64,000 nucleotides of DNA from a virus, in the IMG/VR virus record IMGVR_UViG_3300010885_081999, positions 1-64,000 of that record; one strand, given 5' to 3'. Numbering within the stretch: position 1 is the stretch's first letter; each line of letters opens with the position of its first letter. Below are positions 56,124 to 64,000 of this stretch, piece after piece. The translations under genes and the position numbers were made by a program. The notes under the pieces were generated by a model. The model made no database searches and was not told the DNA's origin. It was given only the letters and a program-made list of their open reading frames with translations.

Positions 56124-56717
56124 TCAAGCTGGGATGCAACGGACAGTTGCGAGGATCGTCCTAATCTCCTGTGCGACTTTCTCCTTCGACTTCTCACAGT
56201 CTACGACGTGGACCTTCTCCTCTTGAGCGTCCACCCACTTCGCGTAGAGATCCCTCACTTTTTGCTGCAGGACGGTGTCTTTCTCGTAGGCGTCCTCGGC
56301 CTCGTGGGCATGTGCCTTGCCGAGAAGGACGAGCGTGAAATCGGGACAACGTAGAAGTCGATACATCTTGTCGATCGTGGCCTCATCGATCCCCTCGGCC
56401 ATTCCGTACACAGAAGTCGAAGGACTCCACCTGTCGAAGATGATGTAGTCGTACTCGTGCTCGAGTTTGACGAGCTGGAAGCTCTGAAAAATCCATCTAT
56501 TCAAGACCTGTAACCACTGGAAAGTTTTTGGAAACTTTTTCGCAGACCCATTCCGCAACATCCAGTAGATCAATCGATAGGTGACGTTGTCGTGGATCGG
56601 CACCTCGACGACGCATGCCCTCTTCTTGAGGGCTCCCGTGATGTGATCGCAGAGCATTTGGCTCTGTGTCGCCTTTCCGACACGGTCCGGTCCCTCGATG
56701 ACGATGATCCTGCTCAT
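56124..56717 (-). CDS. tmk: Thymidylate kinase
   Basis: EGPDRVGKATQ, FDRWSPS and PDFT. Confidence 0.85.
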   Translation of the reverse strand: MSRIIVIEGPDRVGKATQSQMLCDHITGALKKRACVVEVPIHDNVTYRLIYWMLRNGSAKKFPKTFQWLQVLNRWIFQSFQLVKLEHEYDYIIFDRWSPSTSVYGMAEGIDEATIDKMYRLLRCPDFTLVLLGKAHAHEAEDAYEKDTVLQQKVRDLYAKWVDAQEEKVHVVDCEKSKEKVAQEIRTILATVRCIPA

Positions 56718-57400
56718 TCGAACGGCTCCCTGAGAGTGCTCACATACTGTCCGTGTGGAACCATTTCCTCGAAAGTCAACTTGAACGCCTCCAGCGTGGC
56801 ATCGAACACGCCGAGGTCGGACACCTGTGCGAGCATCTCGTGTGCAAGCTCCCTGACTTCGAGTTGTGCGTGCTTAGAATAGCGCAGCTTGAGAAAGTGA
56901 TAGAAGCTGCGGAAGTTGAACATGACGTCTGCTGTGATCTGGTTTCCGTAGGGGAGGTAGAATCGGGCAGATTCCTTTGCCCTCTTGCGAGGCATTCCTT
57001 TCGAGACGAGTCGTTCTAGCGTCTCGTGATACTTGTGGAGAGAATACTCGAGGTGTGTGATGTACTTCTCTCGTTCCTCGGTGTCCCAATCGACAGGAAC
57101 ATAGTACTTGTCGTCTTTCAACTCCTTGTATCGGGCCGACTCCGCATTGACGGAGACGCCGATTCGATGCTTCAAGATGTGAATGTGTGTCGCTACGTCC
57201 GTGGTGACGAGGAAGTGCAACGCACTCTTCTCGAAGGGCGTCTCGTGACTGTTCTCAGCCAGCATCTGCAAGAGAGAAGGAATTCGGGCTCTCTTCTCTT
57301 CTGTCAAGTCTCTCGACGTCGACGTCCAAGCAGAGAGCCCGTGTGTTTCGTCGGAACCATAATGTCCGACAAGCTCTACTTTGTTTTCTTGTGCAGGCAT
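56714..57400 (-). CDS. thyX: Flavin-dependent thymidylate synthase
   Basis: HETPFE, KHRIGVSVNAESARY, ESARFYLP, NFRS and HAQLEVR. Confidence 0.92.
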   Translation of the reverse strand: MPAQENKVELVGHYGSDETHGLSAWTSTSRDLTEEKRARIPSLLQMLAENSHETPFEKSALHFLVTTDVATHIHILKHRIGVSVNAESARYKELKDDKYYVPVDWDTEEREKYITHLEYSLHKYHETLERLVSKGMPRKRAKESARFYLPYGNQITADVMFNFRSFYHFLKLRYSKHAQLEVRELAHEMLAQVSDLGVFDATLEAFKLTFEEMVPHGQYVSTLREPFE

Positions 57401-57456
57401 GTTCCGATCTTACACCGGAATGCGCCAAAGTTCAAACGTGAGGTGTCTTCTCAGTC

Positions 57457-57738
57457 TCAGAGAACGGCGTCGATCGCATGCATCATGATGCTGAAAATTG
57501 CCTCTGAGCGGACGTCGCCTCGTTCTGCCTTCTCAGCGTATGCCTGCATGAAGGCTTCTTCGAGACCCGGAAGCGAAAATACCTTGGGAGCATCCGTCGT
57601 CGTCGTGTAGAGGTCCCAGTAGTGTTTCGCCTCACGTGAGATTCGAGGATCAACGGGAGGTGCCACGTCGGCTTCGCCTAGAGCCTTCTGAGCTTCTTCT
57701 CTGATTATCCTGCGGAGTTGTGTCGTAGTGATCTTCAT
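57457..57738 (-). CDS. Leader-tagged hypothetical protein
   Basis: MKITTTQLRRIIREEAQKALGE. Confidence 0.75.
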   Translation of the reverse strand: MKITTTQLRRIIREEAQKALGEADVAPPVDPRISREAKHYWDLYTTTTDAPKVFSLPGLEEAFMQAYAEKAERGDVRSEAIFSIMMHAIDAVL

Positions 57739-57752
57739 GACGCTTCTCCTAA

Positions 57753-58046
57753 CTATGTGCTCCTGATGAATTGTAGCATCTTGTCCTCGAGAACTTTCTT
57801 GATGTCTTCTTCAATCTCTTCGAGGACTTCGTTCGCTGCAGCGAGCATCTCTCTCTGACGTACCGAATCCGATGCTGTTATCTGTATGTGACGTTTGAGG
57901 TGACGCTTGAGTCCCTCGGCTGCGTCGGATGCCACCTGCGACAGAGCGAAGTCAGGTATGCCACGAGCATAGTCTTCCGCAAGGACAGTTCGAATTTCTT
58001 CGACGACCAAACGCCTCAGTCCTGCCCTCGCGTCTTTCAAGGTCAC
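57753..58046 (-). CDS. Leader-like hypothetical protein
   Basis: LRRLVVEEIRTVLAE. Confidence 0.65.
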   Translation of the reverse strand: MTLKDARAGLRRLVVEEIRTVLAEDYARGIPDFALSQVASDAAEGLKRHLKRHIQITASDSVRQREMLAAANEVLEEIEEDIKKVLEDKMLQFIRST

Positions 58047-58492
58047 ACCTCTTCAGTGTAGGCGAGCTTGGAGTTGTGGACGAGCAAAGCTATCTGATCG
58101 ACGTATCTCTCAGCAGCTGCCGTGATGTCAGAGACGAGTTCCTGTTGGACTTCCATGACTCCGTCCTGGTCGAAATCCTCCAGGTCGTTGCTGAGGGTCG
58201 TCGGAGACATCTTCTCGACTCCGTACTTCTTCAGGGTGTCGGCAAGGACCTTGTACATGGCCTTGTCGAGGTCCTTCAAGAAGGCCTGCGCCATCTCGAC
58301 AGACTTCTCGCTGACGATCCCCGAGACTTCCATCTCAAAGTTGTCAGGATTCTCTGCTTCGAACATGAGCGTCTCGACGAGACGTGACTGAGACTGCATG
58401 CGATTTCTGGCATGATAGGCAGCAGAGATTTCTTCACGACCCTCGTTGAGGATGTCGGAGATGCTCAAAGCCTGACGTCTTCCTAGTTTCAT
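58043..58492 (-). CDS. Hypothetical protein (putative virion)
   Basis: 149 aa; ILNE/LVE/LMFE sites; ATACTTA upstream. Confidence 0.65.
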   Translation of the reverse strand: MKLGRRQALSISDILNEGREEISAAYHARNRMQSQSRLVETLMFEAENPDNFEMEVSGIVSEKSVEMAQAFLKDLDKAMYKVLADTLKKYGVEKMSPTTLSNDLEDFDQDGVMEVQQELVSDITAAAERYVDQIALLVHNSKLAYTEEV

Positions 58493-58557
58493 TTCTGTGA
58501 CTCCTTCGTCTAAGTATCGTCTCCATCGTGATTTGGTGATCTAAGATTCCACTTGGA

Positions 58558-61155
58558 TCAGCCGCATTTGCTCGCGCCGCAGTTGACGCAGGTCACGCAG
58601 CCCTCCTTGTAGACGAGGCCATCGACTCCACAATTGCTGCAGTTCTTGTCGGAAGCCGACTTTGTTCCGTCCGGGATGTATCCCTTCAGGACTCGGGCGA
58701 GGACCCGCGAGAAGCTCTGCATGTCACTGTGTTTGTCCTTCTGCAGCTGCTCCACGACGTAACTGACGGGAACACCATGACGAAGCGCCAGTGAAAGCGT
58801 GCGAGTGAAAGCACCGTGATTCGGATTCGCGAAGAGCTCCACGACGTCCTTGAAGAGGAGGTGGTCGTCGTCGCCCAGAGGAATGGAGAGATTGTACGTC
58901 GCGACGCCGTCCTTCTTTCCGTTCTTGACGAGGACTCCGCTCTTCACCTTCTTGGGCACTTCGACGTGTGAAGAGAGACCACAGAACACCTCGTAAGGAG
59001 CTCCATCGAGCTTACCCACGAGCACGAGATAGCTCTCAGGTCCCCCAGAACCCTTCACGTTAATGCGGTGAATATCACACGGTAATTCCTTCGGACGTTT
59101 TGGTGCATGATTCTCTGTGACCTTCGACGGCTGCTCGTCGGTCGGGGCGGCCTCAGCCTTCTTTGGCTCGTCGGCAACGAGTACTCCAGTCCTGCAACCG
59201 TCGCGATAGATCGTGACGCCCTTGCAACCCGTCTCCCAACCGCGCATGTAGATCTCCTTGACAACGTCGACCGACGTGGAGTTGGGAATGTTCGTAGTGT
59301 TGGAGATCGAGTGGCAGATCCATTTCTGCGCTGCCGCCTGGAGGTCGACCTTCTTGACCCAGTCGATGTCGTTGGCGGTACCACCGAAGTACGGTGACTC
59401 CTTGACGTCCGTCTCGGTCTTGTGGTTGGCATCCATCCACTTCTTGAAAGCGTGGTGATAGACGGTGTACTCCTGCCACTTGTCGCCCATGGGATCCACG
59501 AAGTCGACACGAGCTGTAGGGTCTGCAGACGTCACCTTCTTCCGACGCTTGTAGAAGAGCATGAAGGCAGGCTCGATTCCCGAGGTCGTCTGCGTGAGGC
59601 ACGAGACGGAACCGGCCGGAGCCGTTGTGGTCAGAGCGATGTTTCTGCGACCGAACTTGTCGTAGTTCGCTGCAAGCTCTGGGTCGGCCTCGAGCACCTG
59701 GAGGATGAACGGGTGCTTCGACTCGAAGTTGTGCGAGTACACCGGGAACGCTCCGCGTTCCTCTGCCATCTTGACGGAAGAACGGTAGGCGTTGAGGCAC
59801 AGTCCCTTATAGAGAGTCTCTGTCATCGTGATAGAGATGTCGCTACCGTACACGAAGTTCATGGCAGCGAGTGCGTCTCCGAGGCCCGTCACGCCAAGTC
59901 CGGTCCTACGACCACCGAGAGCCGCCGACTTGATCTTGTTCCACAACTCGAGCTCGGACCTCTTCACATCCATCGGCTCTGGATCCGCCTCGATCTTTGC
60001 GATGATCCTGTCTACCGCCTCGATCTCCAGGTCGATGAGGTCGTCCATGAGCCGCTGGGCCTTCTGAACTGTTGCGTGGAAGCGAGGCATGTCGTAAGCT
60101 GCCTCGGATGTGAACGACTTCTTGACAAACTTGTAGAGGTTGACGAGAAGAAGACGACAAGAATCGTACGGAGAAAGGACGATCTCCCCACAAGGATTGG
60201 TCGACACCGACTTGTAACCGTCGTAGCACTCGGTGGGTGTGCGCTTCTTGACCGTGTCCCAGAAGAGGAGTCCAGGCTCAGCCGAAGCCCATGCTGCCTC
60301 GATGATCTCGTGCCATAGTTCCTTGGCGTCTACCCAGCTCTCCACGGTGTGGACCGCATCCGCTTGAACAGGGAAGCGTAGATGGACCTTGCCACCGTCC
60401 TTCACCGCCTGCATGAACTCGTCAGTGAGACGGATGGAGATGTTTGCGCCAGTCACCTTCTTGAGGTCGCGCTTGATGTTGATGAAGGTGCGAATCTCGG
60501 GGTGGTGGACATCGATCGTGAGCATCAGGGCTCCTCGACGACCACCCTGCGCAACCTCACGGCAGGTGTTGGAGAACCTCTCCATGAAGACGCTGATGCC
60601 GTCGGTGGTACGTGCAGCGTTGGCAGTGACCAAGCCCTTGGGTCGAATCGTAGAGATGTCGAAGCCGACGCCGCCTCTACGCTTCATGATCTGCGCCTGC
60701 TCCTGGTCGGCCTTGAGGATGCCGGCATAGGAGTCGTAAGGTGACTCCACGACGAAGCAGTTGGAGAGTGACTGGTACTGATAGGGATTCCCGACCGCAG
60801 ACATGGGAGAACCCTGCGGGACGACAGGTCCCAGACCGCGAGACTCCGCAGCCAGCTCATCCAAGGTCATGACTTCACGTCGAGAAGCATCGATGTGCTC
60901 AACGTCGGCGAGGAGACAGAAGATCTCCTTCTCCGACATCGGGTTGGGATACTTTGCCTCGATTCGTGCGAACTCTCGTGCGAGTCGTCGGTGCATGTCC
61001 GACGGCGTCTTCTCGAGAATGTTGCCTGAGTTGTCCCTCAGCGCGTACTTGGACACGAAGACAGAGGCGGCGAGTTCGTCACCGCCAAAGTATTCCAACG
61101 TCGCGCTGTAAGCCTCGTCCTGTGTGTACTTGGTCATGATTTGCGATTGCTCCAT
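58558..61155 (-). CDS. nrdJ: Class II (adenosylcobalamin-dependent) ribonucleotide reductase with C-terminal TSCPD/Zn-ribbon region
   Basis: SNCF, GGVG, QGGRRGA, TNPCGE, TTAPAGS, KGVTIYRDG and KEGCVTCVNCG. Confidence 0.9.
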   Translation of the reverse strand: MEQSQIMTKYTQDEAYSATLEYFGGDELAASVFVSKYALRDNSGNILEKTPSDMHRRLAREFARIEAKYPNPMSEKEIFCLLADVEHIDASRREVMTLDELAAESRGLGPVVPQGSPMSAVGNPYQYQSLSNCFVVESPYDSYAGILKADQEQAQIMKRRGGVGFDISTIRPKGLVTANAARTTDGISVFMERFSNTCREVAQGGRRGALMLTIDVHHPEIRTFINIKRDLKKVTGANISIRLTDEFMQAVKDGGKVHLRFPVQADAVHTVESWVDAKELWHEIIEAAWASAEPGLLFWDTVKKRTPTECYDGYKSVSTNPCGEIVLSPYDSCRLLLVNLYKFVKKSFTSEAAYDMPRFHATVQKAQRLMDDLIDLEIEAVDRIIAKIEADPEPMDVKRSELELWNKIKSAALGGRRTGLGVTGLGDALAAMNFVYGSDISITMTETLYKGLCLNAYRSSVKMAEERGAFPVYSHNFESKHPFILQVLEADPELAANYDKFGRRNIALTTTAPAGSVSCLTQTTSGIEPAFMLFYKRRKKVTSADPTARVDFVDPMGDKWQEYTVYHHAFKKWMDANHKTETDVKESPYFGGTANDIDWVKKVDLQAAAQKWICHSISNTTNIPNSTSVDVVKEIYMRGWETGCKGVTIYRDGCRTGVLVADEPKKAEAAPTDEQPSKVTENHAPKRPKELPCDIHRINVKGSGGPESYLVLVGKLDGAPYEVFCGLSSHVEVPKKVKSGVLVKNGKKDGVATYNLSIPLGDDDHLLFKDVVELFANPNHGAFTRTLSLALRHGVPVSYVVEQLQKDKHSDMQSFSRVLARVLKGYIPDGTKSASDKNCSNCGVDGLVYKEGCVTCVNCGASKCG

Positions 61156-61175
61156 GATGTGGATCCTTAACTATA

Positions 61176-62612
61176 CTACAATGCTCGTGCTTCTTCAGCG
61201 ACGTTCGGGCTGGTTTTCTGAGGAGGGAATTCGTTCTTCATTTCCTTCCACTTCGCGCGAAGAGCTTGACGTTGGGCCTCTTCTTCGGACACCACCGCCG
61301 TGTCAGGAGCGTCTGACTCTCCTGTGATCTCAAACTTACTACGTGCCGTGTTCATCTTCAGAGGAAAGACAAGGCCGTCTCGGCCTGCACGATTCTTAGC
61401 CACATAGAGGCGACCCCAGCCGCTTGCTTTCTCGTGTGGTCGCCTCGAGACCGAGACGATGAGGTCGCAAATCATCGCCTTGCCGTAGGCCTCTGACATG
61501 TTCGTCATGTCGATCACCTCGGCATTCGCACCCTCTTTGTTCGACTGTGATGCAGTCCAGATGGGTACGCCAAGCTCCATCGCGAGGCCTCGTAGCTCCT
61601 CGTAGACGAGCTTGAGCTCGTGTCGTAGAGAGTCGAACTGTCGAGTCGACCTCATGATGTCAGCGTAGTCGATGATGATGATGTCTGGCTTGAATCCCTT
61701 TAGGTCGAGACGTTCGATGTGCGACTTGATCGTGTAGATGGATGCTGTATTTGTGGGATATTCTTTGATGAACAACCGACCAAGTCGATTGTCCTCGTAG
61801 AACTTCTTGACCTCCTCCTTACGGTCCATCACCTCGTTCGAGTCGATGTCACAGAGATTGGAGTCGTACCTGATACCGACTGCCGTCTCGGACAGCTCGA
61901 AGGTGTAGTGGAGGACGTTCTTGCCTTCACGAAGGGCGTTGGCTCCAATCATGGTGAGCCAGTGAGACTTGCCGCTGCCGGAGGCACCGACGACGCAGAG
62001 GAGTTCACCCTTGCCGCTGCCGCCGTTGAGGATCTCTTTCTTGTCGAGCTCCGGGATTCGAGTCGGAATGGTGTCACGCTTCAACTTCGTGAAACGTGCG
62101 TCCATCTCGTTGAAGAAGTCGTGTCCCACAGAGGGAGCAGTACCGACTTGGACGGCCTTCTTGATCGTCTCCACGATGGACTCATATTTGTTCGCCTGCA
62201 TCTGGTCGACTGCAGACTCGAGAGCCTTCTTGAGTGCCTGCTTCCTGCAGAACTCGAGCGACTTCTCCTTGACGTACTGAAGGTCGCCAGGATCTGGGTT
62301 CGCCTTCATTCTCTGGAGGTAGTCGATGATCTGGTCCCGCAGGATGACGTCCGTTCCCGTCTTCAGATCGTCACGAATGATCGTGACGAGAAGCTGTAGC
62401 GTCGGAAACACCTTGTATTTCTTCGAATACGCAAAGTAACGATCCGCCAAGAACTTGAGATAATTCACCTCGAAGTAGGAGATGTCGACCACCTCCGTCA
62501 TCTGTTCGGCCCATTTGTGATCGGTCAGAAGAGCTTGTCCGAGTTTCTCCTGGAAGGACTTGCCGAACTGACCGAAAGTTACGCCTGAGTGCTTATTGTC
62601 GTTTTCTAGCAT
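61176..62612 (-). CDS. Replicative DnaB-like (T4 gp41-type) helicase
   Basis: GASGSGKS, IIIDYAD, WTASQ and AKNRAG. Confidence 0.9.
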   Translation of the reverse strand: MLENDNKHSGVTFGQFGKSFQEKLGQALLTDHKWAEQMTEVVDISYFEVNYLKFLADRYFAYSKKYKVFPTLQLLVTIIRDDLKTGTDVILRDQIIDYLQRMKANPDPGDLQYVKEKSLEFCRKQALKKALESAVDQMQANKYESIVETIKKAVQVGTAPSVGHDFFNEMDARFTKLKRDTIPTRIPELDKKEILNGGSGKGELLCVVGASGSGKSHWLTMIGANALREGKNVLHYTFELSETAVGIRYDSNLCDIDSNEVMDRKEEVKKFYEDNRLGRLFIKEYPTNTASIYTIKSHIERLDLKGFKPDIIIIDYADIMRSTRQFDSLRHELKLVYEELRGLAMELGVPIWTASQSNKEGANAEVIDMTNMSEAYGKAMICDLIVSVSRRPHEKASGWGRLYVAKNRAGRDGLVFPLKMNTARSKFEITGESDAPDTAVVSEEEAQRQALRAKWKEMKNEFPPQKTSPNVAEEARAL

Positions 62613-63583
62613 TGACTCTCCGAAGTATATCTCAGCTTCTCAATGCACTTGAGGTCATAGAAGAACCCCTCAGCATCAAAGTCGTTGATTCCTTCCTTTA
62701 CAAGGATCTTTAGTAGGCCCATCTTATTGATCACGGGAGCAAATGTATCGACCACATAATCCACCTTCTTCATCTGGTCAGGCGACATCATGTTTCCGTC
62801 GAGGTGGACGAGTTGCCAGTTCCTCTTCACGTCACCTGAGGACTCGTCGACCCTCTTGTATGCCACGCTGTCGTCCCTGTGACTCGTCGCATAGTCGAGG
62901 AGGTCTTGAAGCACGATCGTGTCGTCGCTTCCCAGCATGGGAAACTTCTTCGCGATGCTCTTGAAGCCCAAGCCTTTGACACCGGGAATGTTGTCGGAGT
63001 CGTCGCCGCAGAGGCACTTGGCGAGGGCAAAGTTGTGCGACTTGATGCGAAATTCTCCGAAGAGGTCATCGTTAGTGATGAACTTCTTCCTGTAGAGCGA
63101 GTAGATCTTCGTCCTTTCGTCCAGCAGCTGATACATGTCTTTGTCGGCAGAGACGATGACCTTGTCTACTTCCCGAAAAGTCGACCTGCAGAGATATGCG
63201 ACGACGTCGTCACCCTCGCAGTCAGACACGTAGATCTGGCACACGGGAACGTTCTTGAGAACGTTGAGGAGAGTGATGAGCTGGTGTTGCTTGTTCTCCT
63301 CAGAGTCTGGGATGTCGTCCTCGTAGAATCGATTGAGTCTTCCGGGCTTTCGATTCATCTTGTATTCTGAGTAGATCTTTCTTCGTCTCTGGGATCCTCC
63401 GCCTTCCCAAGTGACGTAGACCTGCGACGGCTGATATTCCCTACAGAGGCGTTGAAGCGTCTTGAGAAAACCGATGCATCCTCCCATCTGATAGCCATGG
63501 GAGGACATCTGTGGAAACGCACTGTATGCCCTGAGGTATGCGTTCATTCCGTCAATGATGAAGATGGGTCGCTCACTCGACAT
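62606..63583 (-). CDS. Second 5'-3' exonuclease / flap endonuclease
   Basis: IIDGMN, YKMNR, EGDD, SADKD and GDDSDNIPGVKGLG. Confidence 0.9.
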   Translation of the reverse strand: MSSERPIFIIDGMNAYLRAYSAFPQMSSHGYQMGGCIGFLKTLQRLCREYQPSQVYVTWEGGGSQRRRKIYSEYKMNRKPGRLNRFYEDDIPDSEENKQHQLITLLNVLKNVPVCQIYVSDCEGDDVVAYLCRSTFREVDKVIVSADKDMYQLLDERTKIYSLYRKKFITNDDLFGEFRIKSHNFALAKCLCGDDSDNIPGVKGLGFKSIAKKFPMLGSDDTIVLQDLLDYATSHRDDSVAYKRVDESSGDVKRNWQLVHLDGNMMSPDQMKKVDYVVDTFAPVINKMGLLKILVKEGINDFDAEGFFYDLKCIEKLRYTSESQC

Positions 63584-63628
63584 GGGTAGAACTTACCACA
63601 CGTCGAGTGAGCAGTACAAAGGATCGTC

Positions 63629-64000
63629 TCAAAGGATTTGCGATGCGATGAGACAGCCTCTTGCCACCGCGTGGAGAGGATCGGCGGCGTGGCGGACTTC
63701 CTTTACGGGAAGTGGGAATCCGTTTGCGATCAGCTTCTTCTCGAAGTGTGCCACGAATCCTTTCGCCTTCGACGTTCCTCCTGCCACGATCACGGGCAGG
63801 GGATCCTTGAAATTGGGGAGCGACTTGTGACCTTCCATCGAGGCAGCAAGCTGCTTCGTGGTGTAGTCGATGAGACGGTCGTAGTAGGACGACACGGCTG
63901 CGAGCACCTGGTTTTCGTTTGGTTCTGCGACAGTAAAGTCGCCCTGTTCTTTCTCGGCCTGAACGACGGAGTCAGACTCTCCCGTCGCGACGGCGGACAT
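63629..64000 (-). CDS. Actin-fold ATPase (MreB/FtsA/ParM-like), 5' truncated
   Basis: VIVAGGTS and DPLHAVARG adenosine/connect-2 motifs. Confidence 0.7.
   Translation of the reverse strand: MSAVATGESDSVVQAEKEQGDFTVAEPNENQVLAAVSSYYDRLIDYTTKQLAASMEGHKSLPNFKDPLPVIVAGGTSKAKGFVAHFEKKLIANGFPLPVKEVRHAADPLHAVARGCLIASQIL

Noticed and set aside
617-63830. Many long antisense/overlapping ORFs in the track (e.g. 617..1477, 17303..18388, 42742..43593, 51606..52613, 59422..60318)
   Set aside because: Shadow ORFs expected from GC-rich codon bias opposite well-supported genes; no recognisable motifs
1-64000. Eukaryotic giant virus or cellular chromosome origin (MBD4-like, UDPGP, actin-like genes)
   Set aside because: DnaE, gp41-type helicase, SD sequences, sigma70-like promoters, coupled operons and phage-typical hypotheticals, with no ribosomal or housekeeping operons, point to a large bacteriophage

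Overview
This 64 kb window looks like part of a GC-rich jumbo/huge tailed-phage genome. It is gene-dense, mostly minus-strand, uses the standard genetic code, and has no rRNA, tRNA or CRISPR array that I could support. Replication and repair genes: DnaE-type polymerase, T4 gp41-like helicase, two 5'-3' exonucleases, PolX, an MBD4-like glycosylase and class II RNR. Other content: many nucleotide and NDP-sugar enzymes, three DNA methyltransferases, a complete YeaH-SpoVR-PrkA(YeaG) module, stress genes (SOD, Dps, Hsp20), a putative holin/spanin cassette, a collagen-like fibre at the left edge and an actin-like ATPase at the right edge. Four highlights. (1) dnaE is fractured into two genes joined by a naturally split intein (acidic IntC, Thr+1), with a free-standing Zn-finger/PD-(D/E)xK endonuclease between the halves. 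(2) Around dnaE sits a candidate new cytosine-modification pathway: an NMP kinase fused to a thymidylate-synthase-like domain carrying the dCMP-type Asp, a divergent ThyX paralog, dCTPase/dUTPase-like proteins, a deoxyribosyltransferase and three NDP-sugar epimerases. (3) About 17 unrelated proteins share a portable N-terminal leader (MKITxxQLRRIIKEE or LLREYV...LxE), probably a capsid-targeting and protease-cleavage tag. (4) Two promoter classes can be read directly from the DNA: ATAnTTA, mostly before leader-tagged genes, and TGnA(A/C)-N17/18-TAnnnT, often exactly 6 nt before the ATG (leaderless), mostly before DNA/nucleotide-metabolism genes. All functional calls come from motif recognition by eye; no database searches were run.
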